Assembly: GCA_963666485.2 (NCBI GenBank)
Contig: CAXXUO010000004.1
Span: 1-64,000 of the forward strand
Source: Syntrophorhabdaceae bacterium
GTDB lineage: Bacteria; Desulfobacterota; Syntrophorhabdia; Syntrophorhabdales; Syntrophorhabdaceae
DNA length: 64,000 nt
Reading direction: 5' to 3'
Shown: in pieces, positions 1 through 8,020 of the stretch
Position numbering within the stretch: the first letter of the stretch is position 1
Layout of the letters: every line of letters starts with the position of its first letter
Made by a program: the position numbers and the translations under genes
Notes under the pieces: generated by a model
Database searches by the model: none
What the model saw: only the letters and a program-made list of their open reading frames with translations
What the model was told of the DNA's origin: nothing

Positions 1-768
1 CTGGATGTCATCAGCCAGTCCGCCGAGGAACTATATGGCCGTCTAATCTACAGGGAAAATCAGGTCTCGGATACCGACGAGCTCGCCATGCTGACAGCGG
101 AGCGCGACATCCTGAAAGCAAGGGCAGAGGATTACACTGGGATCCCCGGCAGGCCCGAAATGCTCGAGAGGAAGGCTGGCATCGAGAAGCAGATCGAGGC
201 CGCACGGGGCGGGGTGTCACAGGATAAGGACGCCATCCAAAAGGAGATAACAGATCTCACCGCCCAGCTCGCCGAGGCTAAGGCAGACGCCGACAGGTTC
301 ACCCGCAGGGAGCAGGGAGAAAGGCGCGTAGAGGAACTGAAAGCCGAAGAAAAGAAACTGGCCAAGGAATTTGAAGACCTGGAAAAGCAGCTGTTTCTCA
401 TAGAAAGTTTCACTAAACGCAAGGTCTCACTCCTGAACGAAAGGATCAACGCCCGTTTTCATCTGGTCCGTTTCAAACTATTCAACCAGCTCGTCAACGG
501 CGGAATAGAGGATTGTTGTGAGATTACTGTAAATGGCGTGCCTTTCGGGGGCGGGCTAAATAGCGCAGCAAGAACGCAGGCCGGTTGCGAAATCATCAAC
601 ATATTGCAGGAGCACTACAATATCGCCCCGGCCGTATGGCTCGATAACCGCGAGAGCTGCACCCTTATACCCGATATGAAATGTCAGGTCATCAGCTTAT
701 ACGTATCGCCCGAAGACAAGACACTGCGGATTCAGAAAGCACAAAGTGGAGGGAAGTTGGCGGCATGA
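1..768 (+). CDS. Phage SMC-like/AAA ATPase, C-terminal part (5'-truncated by window)
   Basis: Frame open from base 1; coiled coil followed by FKLFNQLVNGG...LNSAAR...AGCEIIN...VWLDNRES (signature and Walker B-like). Confidence 0.75.
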   Translation: MDVISQSAEELYGRLIYRENQVSDTDELAMLTAERDILKARAEDYTGIPGRPEMLERKAGIEKQIEAARGGVSQDKDAIQKEITDLTAQLAEAKADADRFTRREQGERRVEELKAEEKKLAKEFEDLEKQLFLIESFTKRKVSLLNERINARFHLVRFKLFNQLVNGGIEDCCEITVNGVPFGGGLNSAARTQAGCEIINILQEHYNIAPAVWLDNRESCTLIPDMKCQVISLYVSPEDKTLRIQKAQSGGKLAA

Positions 769-1946
769 CGTTATTCGGCCAACAGGGATATACGCTTCGC
801 CCATATCAGCGAGAAGCCGTAGACGCGGCGGTGTCTTTTCTCAAAGGACCTGCCAGACACAACGCCATTGAGGTCCTCCCGACCGGCAGCGGCAAGAGTC
901 TCATCATTGCCAACATCGTGAAGGACCTCGGGGAGCCCGTTCTGATCTTCCAGCCGTCAAAGGAGATCCTCGAGCAGAATTACGCAAAGCTCCTGTCTTA
1001 CGGACACCATGCCGGGATCTATTCCGCATCGAAGGGCCGGACCGAGGTATCAAATATCACGTTCGCCACGATAGGCAGCGTCATAGGCAAGGCCAGCCTT
1101 TTCGATAATTTCCGGTACATTATCGTGGACGAGTGCCACCTTGTAAACGCGAAGGAAGGAATGTACAAAACCTTCCTTGAGTCATTGATAGAGAGAAGTG
1201 CCAAAGTTCTCGGGCTTACGGCGACGCCCTACCGCCTCGCCACGAATAGCTTTGGCCCCGAACTGCGCTTTCTCACGAGGACGAGGCCCAGGATATTTCG
1301 GGAAATGGTCTATTATGTCCAAAATCGGCAGCTTTTCAACGAAGGCTATCTCGCCCAACTGGAATATGTAAGCCATAACGGCTTTGACCGCTCGAAATTG
1401 AAGGTCAACAGCACGGGCGCTGATTTCACGGACGATTCAGTCCAAACATACGTGTGGGCGTCAAATCTCCCGGCCAAGCTCGTTCAGATCATCGAGAGCG
1501 AAATCAAGACGCGCAAAAATGTTCTCGTATTCACGCGGTTTGTGGAAGAGGCCCGGTATCTCGCGGGGAGGATTCCCGCCGCCGCCATCGTAACCGGCGA
1601 GTCATCGAAGAAAGAAAGGGCCAAGATCATTGACGGATTCAAGAGAGGGACTATCCCGGTCGTCTGTAATGTGGGGGTCCTTACAACGGGCTTTGATTAT
1701 CCTGAGTTAGAGACGGTCATTATCGCTCGTCCCACCATGAGTCTAGCCCTTTACTATCAGATGATCGGGAGATGTACGAGGCCGCATCCGCTAAAAGGAC
1801 ATGCCCGGGTGATCGACATGTGCGGCAATTATGGGACTTTTGGCAAAGTAGAGGATCTGGAAATCGTTGACGGCGGGAACGGAAAGTGGTTCGTGGCGAG
1901 CGGAAACAGGCAATTAACGAACGTGTACTACGGAGAGCAAGCGTGA
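765..1946 (+). CDS. SF2 DEAD/DEAH-box helicase (RadD/YejH-like, phage type)
   Basis: LRPYQ Q-motif, PTGSGKS, DECH, TAT, TTGFD, QMIGR; ATG 765 overlaps the upstream stop (ATGA). Confidence 0.9.
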   Translation: MTLFGQQGYTLRPYQREAVDAAVSFLKGPARHNAIEVLPTGSGKSLIIANIVKDLGEPVLIFQPSKEILEQNYAKLLSYGHHAGIYSASKGRTEVSNITFATIGSVIGKASLFDNFRYIIVDECHLVNAKEGMYKTFLESLIERSAKVLGLTATPYRLATNSFGPELRFLTRTRPRIFREMVYYVQNRQLFNEGYLAQLEYVSHNGFDRSKLKVNSTGADFTDDSVQTYVWASNLPAKLVQIIESEIKTRKNVLVFTRFVEEARYLAGRIPAAAIVTGESSKKERAKIIDGFKRGTIPVVCNVGVLTTGFDYPELETVIIARPTMSLALYYQMIGRCTRPHPLKGHARVIDMCGNYGTFGKVEDLEIVDGGNGKWFVASGNRQLTNVYYGEQA

Positions 1947-2134
1947 AAACCTACGGCCCGGGGAACCCTATTACCATCATGGCCCAATTCGACTTCGCCC
2001 TGCGGGAAGGGACGCTACTTTATCACAAAGGATGGAACAAGACCGTCATGCCTGTAGTCCTGGCAAACATGCAGTACCGAGTAGTCAAGATGTTCGTAGA
2101 GCGAGGGCAGCTGTCCTTCGCCCGGAAAATATAA
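1943..2134 (+). CDS. Hypothetical phage protein (63 aa)
   Basis: GTG overlaps the helicase stop (GTGA); fills the gap to the recT RBS. Confidence 0.55.
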   Translation: MKTYGPGNPITIMAQFDFALREGTLLYHKGWNKTVMPVVLANMQYRVVKMFVERGQLSFARKI

Positions 2135-2145
2135 GGAGGATTACC

Positions 2146-3131
2146 ATGGCAGAACCAGCAAAAACCACCAACGGCAACGCAGGGGCCTCGGTCCCTGCAG
2201 GTATGAGGCAGGCCACACAGCTCGAGATCGTCAAGAAATCCGTTGTCGATGTCGTCAAAAGCAAGGTGAACGAGTTCATCACGAGCGGGAACTCTTCCTT
2301 CCGAAGAACTACTCCCCGGACAACGCCATGAAGGCAGCCTGGCTGACCCTGCAGAGCACCGTGGATAAAGACGGCCGCCTGGCCCTCGAGGTCTGCACCC
2401 GGGACAGCATCGCAAACGCTCTCCTCGACATGGTCGTCCAGGGCTTGAACCCGCTCAAGAAACAGAATTATTTCATCGTGTACGGGAAGACCCTTACATG
2501 CCAGCGGTCCTACTTCGGCAGCATGGCCGTCGCGCAGATGGTGGACCCCAAGATCGCTGAGTTCGCCTTCGCCGTTGTCTATGAGGGCGATACCTTCAAG
2601 TACGGGATCCACAACGGGAAGAAGCATGTCACCGAGCACGAACAGGAGATCCAGAACGTCGACAAGAAGAAGATCGTCGCGGCGTACTGCATCGCCCTTG
2701 ACAAAGAGGGCAATCCCTTTCGGACCGAGATCATGACGATCGACGAGATCCACCAGGCATGGAAACAGTCGAAGATGAACCCCATCGACGACAAAGGGAA
2801 CGTCAAGGAGACTAGCACGCACGGGAAATTCGCCGCGGATATGGCCTTAAAGACGGTCATCAACAAGTGCTGCAAGTCGATCATCAACGCATCTTCCGAC
2901 AACGCCCTGCTCCTCGACAAGATCAACCGGAACGAGGACCTTGCGGACCGTGCTGCCGCGGAAGCGGAGATCGAGGCAGAGGCGAATCAGGGCGAGGTAT
3001 TGGAGATCGAGCCGGAGAAGGCCCAGGAAGAAGCGGTTGATCAGTCGCAGGCATCCGAGGACCAGACCGATATGGGAAATCCCACATCGGAGGACCTGCC
3101 TAAGACACAGGGCCGGGTACCGGGTTTTTGA
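2146..3131 (+). CDS. recT: RecT-family single-strand annealing recombinase (apparent frameshift near 2288)
   Basis: AAGGAGG RBS and ATG 2146; adding one G at GCGGGAAC gives SGELFLPKNYSPDNAMKAAWL; SIANALLDMVVQGLNP, YFIVYG, QRSYFG, MALKTVIN motifs; acidic tail. Confidence 0.85.
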
Positions 3132-3143
3132 GGAGGGAACACA

Positions 3144-3762
3144 GTGCCAGCGAGACTTCATATTAATCCAGGTGATAAATTCGGACGCTATACGATCATC
3201 AAAGAGGCCGCCACGATAAACTCGCATCGACGTTTTCTTTGCCGGTGCGAGTGCGGCACCACAAAAGAGGTTTCGCTCGCCAATCTGAGGGGGAGCCATA
3301 CGCGGAGCTGCGGGTGTTACATGAGAGAAGTTTCCAGCAGAGATCACCAAACGCATGGTGGCGCAAAAACACGGCTGTACCAGATCTGGCTGGGCATGAA
3401 GAAACGATGCAACAATAGCAAGTGCCGAGCCTATAAATGGTATGGAGCCGAGGGCGTAAGACTCTGCCCTGAGTGGACAATCTTTGACCGTTTCGCGATT
3501 GGGCCCTATCTTCGGGATACAAAGACGATCTCACTATCGAAAGAAAGAACAGTAATGGCGACTATGAACCTAATAATTGCGAATGGATACCCCTTGCCGA
3601 GCAGATGTCCAATACCCGCGATTGTAAACCGGTATCGGTAAACGGGGTCGATTTCCCGACCATAGCGGCGGCGGCGAGACACTTCAACATCCGGCTACTA
3701 CGGCATACAACAGGCTACGTAGGGGTGTTTCCATAAAAGAAGCCTTCGAGGTCGCACGATGA
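3144..3762 (+). CDS. HNH-type free-standing homing endonuclease-like protein (two apparent frameshifts, ~3494 and ~3695)
   Basis: CRCECG...SCGC, WxGMKKRC, YGAEG..CPEW, then in another frame RDWALSSGYKDDLTIERKNSNGDYEPNNCEW; final TGA overlaps the next ATG. Confidence 0.75.
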
Positions 3763-4466
3763 TATTTGAACCGATAGCGAGCAGCAGCAAAGGAAATGCA
3801 TATTTATTAACGTCTCAGGGGGTAGCGCCCCTTCTTATCGAGTGCGGTATCCCGATAAAGCAGCTCCGGGAGAGGTTACACTTCGGCTTATCCGGGCTCG
3901 CCGGTTGCCTTATATCCCATGAGCATTCTGATCATAGTAAAGCCGCCAAGGACGTTCTCAAAGCAGGCGTAGATGTCTGGACTTCAAAGGAAACCGCCGA
4001 GGCGCTGGGGATAAAGGACCATTACAGGTGCCATTGCATAGAATCGGGAGCGCAGTTCGTAGTGAATGGGTTTTGGATCATCCCGTTTGACCTCGCCCAC
4101 GACGTCCCGTGTCAGGGTTTCTTCATCCAGGCGCCGGACGGGGAAAAGTTGCTATTCGTAAGCGATACCTCATATATCAGGAACAGATTTGAGGGAATTA
4201 ATCTATTAGCCGTGGAATGCAATAACGTCGAGGGGATACTGTCGGAGAACATTGTTAGCGGACAGGTCCCCACATCCCTCGGGCATCGGGTAAGAAGAAA
4301 CCATCTTTCACTGGAGCGGGCTATTGCAATGTTGAAGGCGAACGACCTCTCAAAATGCAGAAAGATCTTCTTGCTTCATCTTTCAGATAGTAACGCAGAC
4401 GAGGCGGTTATGGTTCGCACTGTGCAGCAACAGACAGGGATACCGTGCGAAGCTTGCGCGGAATAA
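3759..4466 (+). CDS. MBL-fold metallo-hydrolase (phage, RecT-associated)
   Basis: SSSKGN, LLIECG, HEHSDH, HD, SDT, ECN, HLS, LHLS motifs. Confidence 0.88.
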   Translation: MIFEPIASSSKGNAYLLTSQGVAPLLIECGIPIKQLRERLHFGLSGLAGCLISHEHSDHSKAAKDVLKAGVDVWTSKETAEALGIKDHYRCHCIESGAQFVVNGFWIIPFDLAHDVPCQGFFIQAPDGEKLLFVSDTSYIRNRFEGINLLAVECNNVEGILSENIVSGQVPTSLGHRVRRNHLSLERAIAMLKANDLSKCRKIFLLHLSDSNADEAVMVRTVQQQTGIPCEACAE

Positions 4467-4479
4467 ATAAGGAGACCCT

Positions 4480-4857
4480 ATGGTCGGAGAAATCATAAAT
4501 GAAAAAGTTCTAGAGGGAGCAAGCGAGACGGTTGAATCTCTTTTGCGGGCATATAAACCCAAACTGAACGAGGCACTTCTCAAGGAAGACCCTTTAACGG
4601 TAGCGCTTTCCATGAAATTCCGCTGCACGGACGGGGACGTGGTCGTCGAGACGAATATGAATTTCGTCCTGGACAGAATTAAGACTTCGGCGTCTCGGAG
4701 GATCCAGGAGGACCTACCCCTTGAGGTAGAGGCAAAGAAGAAAGGAGGCGGCGTCCTATACGTCCACCGCGAGCGCGGTAATATTCCCACGAGGTGGTGG
4801 AAGAACAAGGCCTCCCCTGATTGCCGGATAGACGCCGAAAGGCTGAGGGTCGTATAG
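4480..4857 (+). CDS. Hypothetical phage protein
   Basis: AAGGAG RBS; 125-aa ORF co-oriented with the operon. Confidence 0.6.
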   Translation: MVGEIINEKVLEGASETVESLLRAYKPKLNEALLKEDPLTVALSMKFRCTDGDVVVETNMNFVLDRIKTSASRRIQEDLPLEVEAKKKGGGVLYVHRERGNIPTRWWKNKASPDCRIDAERLRVV

Positions 4858-4860
4858 GTT

Positions 4861-5055
4861 ATGAGTCCCGCTCTTAGGGCCGCGAGTATGCTACGTAGAA
4901 CAGAGACCTTAACAACCCCAAGAATGTCAGACCCCCCACGTTTGACAGTCCACACACACTACCACCTACAGGGAGCCGGAAGAATCCTGGATGCAGGGAT
5001 CGCGGCCACGGCTCCCTTCCTAAAAACCGAATATTTGACAGAGGGGCGAGTATAA
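4861..5055 (+). CDS. Hypothetical phage protein
   Basis: 64-aa ORF filling the gap; TAATG coupling to xis. Confidence 0.4.
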   Translation: MSPALRAASMLRRTETLTTPRMSDPPRLTVHTHYHLQGAGRILDAGIAATAPFLKTEYLTEGRV

Positions 5056-5426
5056 TGATAGAGAAATTCTTAACCGCGGAACAGGTGGCCGAGATCCTTC
5101 AGTGCTCCCTCTCCTTCGTCTATGATCACCGGGTTGACCTGGGAGCCATCACTATCGGGACCCTGATCCGGTTCCCGGCATCACGGTTTGAGGTGCAGAG
5201 TGTCAACGTGGAAGCACGGCCAGAAGTGGAGGTACCAGTTCAACTGGCAGGGCCAGAGGATCCGTCCAGAGCAGGGATACGAAACCCAGACGGAAGCCCG
5301 GCTCGCCGAGGCCGAAAGAAAGGTGGAGCTCTCGAGGTTGCCGGAGATCCGCACGGACTTCGTGCAGCTCTGCGAGAAACGCTTGACCGATATCAGCCTG
5401 AGAAGGGATCACTGGTACTACTCTGA
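5055..5426 (+). CDS. Excisionase-like HTH protein
   Basis: FLTAEQVAEILQCSLSFVY...IGTLIRF MerR-like/HTH_17 pattern directly upstream of the integrase. Confidence 0.7.
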   Translation: MIEKFLTAEQVAEILQCSLSFVYDHRVDLGAITIGTLIRFPASRFEVQSVNVEARPEVEVPVQLAGPEDPSRAGIRNPDGSPARRGRKKGGALEVAGDPHGLRAALRETLDRYQPEKGSLVLL

Positions 5427-6264
5427 CAACCAGTCCATGTTCAGCCGGCTCATCGAGCTCGGCTGGGCATTCAAGAAAAGCATCACATCCGCCGACATCA
5501 AAGAATTCCTTGACCACGTAGCAGCCTCTGTTAGCCCTCAGAGGGCTAATAAGTATAGGGCATACCTATCTGCCCTATTCAATAGCGACAAACGATACAG
5601 GGCCTATAATCTGGTCAACTCAAAAGAAGTCCCGAAGTACCCCGAGGCGCGAATCCCGAAGTACATCCCGCCTGAAGTTGATATTCTGGCGGTGATGGAA
5701 CTCTGCACCCAGGAACAGAGGGACTACCTCTGGACCCTGGCGCTGACGGCTGCCCGGTGTGGAGAGATCAACAAGCTCAAGGTGGCCGATGTCCATCTTC
5801 ACCTCGGCTATCTCACCCTGGCAACGAAGAAGGCGAAGGACGGGACTATCAACCACCGCCGGATCGGGATCCGGGATTCCCTCCGGGACATTGTAGTGAG
5901 GCGCCTCACCACAGCCCAGGCCGCCGGTTCCGAGTACCTCTTCTTCCAGATCCTGAAAAAGGGAGCCAAGCCCATCCCCTTCGGGTACCGCTCCAAGTTC
6001 CTCAAGAGCAAATGTGATGATGCGAAGGTCCGACCATTCACGTATCACTGCCTCCGGCATTTTGCCGCCATCCTTATGGATCAGGCCGGAGTTCCTCTCG
6101 TCAATATCCAGAAGACCCTTGGGCATCAACGAGCAACGACAACGGATGTGTACCTTGGATCTATCAGGGAAGTGCAGGGAGGAGTGGCCGATCTTATCGA
6201 GGAAAGGCTGGGTGGTCACTACAAGAAGTCACTCCAGAAGCAAAACCAAAAGAAGAAACCTTAA
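5200..6264 (+). CDS. Tyrosine recombinase/phage integrase
   Basis: GAGG RBS and GTG 5200; catalytic set R (AARCGE), K, HCLRH, LGH, Y (TTDVY) intact. Confidence 0.92.
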   Translation: MSTWKHGQKWRYQFNWQGQRIRPEQGYETQTEARLAEAERKVELSRLPEIRTDFVQLCEKRLTDISLRRDHWYYSDNQSMFSRLIELGWAFKKSITSADIKEFLDHVAASVSPQRANKYRAYLSALFNSDKRYRAYNLVNSKEVPKYPEARIPKYIPPEVDILAVMELCTQEQRDYLWTLALTAARCGEINKLKVADVHLHLGYLTLATKKAKDGTINHRRIGIRDSLRDIVVRRLTTAQAAGSEYLFFQILKKGAKPIPFGYRSKFLKSKCDDAKVRPFTYHCLRHFAAILMDQAGVPLVNIQKTLGHQRATTTDVYLGSIREVQGGVADLIEERLGGHYKKSLQKQNQKKKP

Positions 6265-6273
6265 TAAAATCAA

Positions 6274-6347
6274 TGCCCCCGGCATGACTCGAACATGCGG
6301 CACATGGATTAGGAATCCATTGCTCTATCCACCTGAGCTACGGGGGC
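6274..6347 (-). tRNA. tRNA-Arg(CCT), CCA not encoded; probable prophage att site
   Basis: GCCCCCG/CGGGGGC acceptor stem, D arm, ATGGA-TTCCTAA-TCCAT anticodon arm, GCATG-TTCGAGT-CATGC T arm. Confidence 0.96.
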
Positions 6348-6357
6348 AAGGTTTTTG

Positions 6358-6386
6358 ATTATAAACATTTCTCCCCCTGATTTCAA
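6358..6386 (-). promoter_or_regulatory. Sigma70 promoter of tRNA-Arg
   Basis: TTGAAA-17 bp-TATAAT, 10 bp upstream of the tRNA 5' end. Confidence 0.75.
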
Positions 6387-6484
6387 TAAAAACTCCCCCG
6401 TCAACTCTTATTCACCGCCCCGGGCCACCATGCGTGCCCGACGGTGCAAGTTGTTGATATGAGGCATGAAAGCGTATGATTGCG

Positions 6485-6513
6485 TTGACTTGTGCGACAA
6501 TTTCTGGTAACAT
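6485..6513 (+). promoter_or_regulatory. Sigma70 promoter upstream of gap
   Basis: TTGACT-17 bp-TAACAT with TG extension. Confidence 0.55.
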
Positions 6514-6659
6514 AAAACATCTCAGAGAGGCATGTATGCCTTATCCTTACTTCCTATTCAAATACAAGCCTCTTCGGTCAAGACAGGAGTATATTTTTCC
6601 GTATTGAACATAAACCTCAATTCGATCCAGGTTGTGCACTACATACAGGAGGTAACACC

Positions 6660-7919
6660 ATGGGTAAAGTAGAAGTGTTCGAAAACAAGCGCCCCGTACT
6701 CGGCATCAACAGTCTTGGAAGGATTGGAAAGCTTTCGCTGTGGCATCATGTCGCGCGGAAGTACTTCCAGGAGATCGTCGTGAACCTGGGCCGCGATGTG
6801 GGCAATGGTATCCCCGCAATAGCCCAGATCATTGAAAAAGATGCGACGTATGGAAGCATCCATAAATTCCTCTATGGGATCAACTCGAAAAGGATCATAG
6901 AGATCGTTGATGAAAAGAAAGGAAAGCTGCTGATAGACGGCATCCCCGTCACGATACTCCGTGAAAAACGCAATCCTGCGGAAATAGGATGGCGGGACCA
7001 TGCGGTAGACCTCGTTATCGAGGCAACGGGCAAATTCCAGGACCCCACTATCGCTGCGGACGATAAGGGCGGAAGCCTGAAGGGCCACCTTGCGAGCGGT
7101 GCAAAAGCGGTCATCAATTCATCGGCATTCAAAATAAAGAACAAGGCGCTGTCGACGCCTGACGATGCCGTGACGCTGATCTACGGGATCAACCACACCG
7201 CCTTTGATTACAAGAAGCACAAGGTGTTGTCAGCAGCTTCGTGCACGACGACCGGCCTCGCACACATGATCAAGCCGCTTTTGAATAACGCGGCAACGAG
7301 CAAGATACTGACGGCCTCCATGTCGACGGTCCACGCGGTGACCAATTCGCAGAGCATTCTCGACAAGACGCCGAAGGCCGGTGAAAAAGACCTGAGGAAG
7401 AACCGCAGCACGCTGAACAATATTATCCTTACGTCTACAAACGCAGCCGCGGCCCTCATCCAGGTCATTCCCGAGGTAAAGGATATCGGTTTCATGGCAG
7501 ACTCCATCCGCGTCCCGACGAACACGGAATCCTTGATCGTTCTTAACCTCACCTTCCAGACACGCGCGGGCGCTGACGGAAAAAAAGAATCCGTGACCAC
7601 GAAAATGCTCAATGATCTTTACAAGAAGGCAGCGGACAACGATCCTGAGGAACTCGTCATCTTTTCGATGGAGCAGAACGTTTCCACGGACCTCATCGGC
7701 ACCAACGCGGCCATAGTTATCGAGGGCCAGTTCAATCACACGAGGACCGCTTTCATGGACGTTGATTTCGCCGGCGTCCCGAACGTACCGGCTGACCTCG
7801 GCAACGTAAGGATCCCCGTCGTTCACGCAAAGATATTCGGATGGTACGACAATGAATACGGCAGCTACACGAACCGGATGGGAGATCTGGCGGTGTACGT
7901 GCATAAAAGCATGGCGTAA
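6660..7919 (+). CDS. gap: Glyceraldehyde-3-phosphate dehydrogenase, long divergent type (419 aa)
   Basis: GINSLGRIG, EATG, SAASCTTT (catalytic Cys), TVHA, RVPT, WYDNE; AGGAGG RBS. Confidence 0.88.
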   Translation: MGKVEVFENKRPVLGINSLGRIGKLSLWHHVARKYFQEIVVNLGRDVGNGIPAIAQIIEKDATYGSIHKFLYGINSKRIIEIVDEKKGKLLIDGIPVTILREKRNPAEIGWRDHAVDLVIEATGKFQDPTIAADDKGGSLKGHLASGAKAVINSSAFKIKNKALSTPDDAVTLIYGINHTAFDYKKHKVLSAASCTTTGLAHMIKPLLNNAATSKILTASMSTVHAVTNSQSILDKTPKAGEKDLRKNRSTLNNIILTSTNAAAALIQVIPEVKDIGFMADSIRVPTNTESLIVLNLTFQTRAGADGKKESVTTKMLNDLYKKAADNDPEELVIFSMEQNVSTDLIGTNAAIVIEGQFNHTRTAFMDVDFAGVPNVPADLGNVRIPVVHAKIFGWYDNEYGSYTNRMGDLAVYVHKSMA

Positions 7920-8020
7920 AAAACGGTTCAAAGTTCAAGGTTCAAAGCTAAAAGACAACGAAATGCCCCGGCGCTTGCCGGGGCATTTTTACTTTGAACC
8001 TTGAACCTTGAACCGTTTTT
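7919..8020. repeat. Inverted pair of (GGTTCAA)3 heptamer arrays enclosing a terminator
   Basis: 7919-7947 and 7992-8020 are reverse complements with 1 mismatch in 29 bp. Confidence 0.9.
7961..7990. terminator. Bidirectional intrinsic terminator between convergent gap and dikinase genes
   Basis: AAATGCCCCGGC-GCTT-GCCGGGGCATTTTT. Confidence 0.85.

Larger units (their letters stand above)
1..6273. mobile_element. Right-hand end of an integrated prophage (recombination module, xis, int); continues beyond window start
   Basis: Co-oriented, overlapping phage-type genes (ATPase, helicase, RecT, HNH, MBL) ending in HTH xis and tyrosine integrase whose stop lies ~10 bp from a tRNA 3' end. Confidence 0.85.

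Noticed and set aside
2280..2330. Programmed frameshift in recT
   Set aside because: No canonical slippery heptamer; one missing G in a G run explains it, and similar indels occur nearby
2085..2822. Long antisense ORFs (e.g. 2085-2822, 13380-14180, 17566-18345, 26119-26961, 56226-57110)
   Set aside because: Shadow frames opposite well-supported genes, expected from codon bias at this GC content
5035..5056. Perfect TTGACA and TATAAT upstream of xis
   Set aside because: Spacer is only 10 bp and contains the RBS; incompatible with a sigma70 promoter
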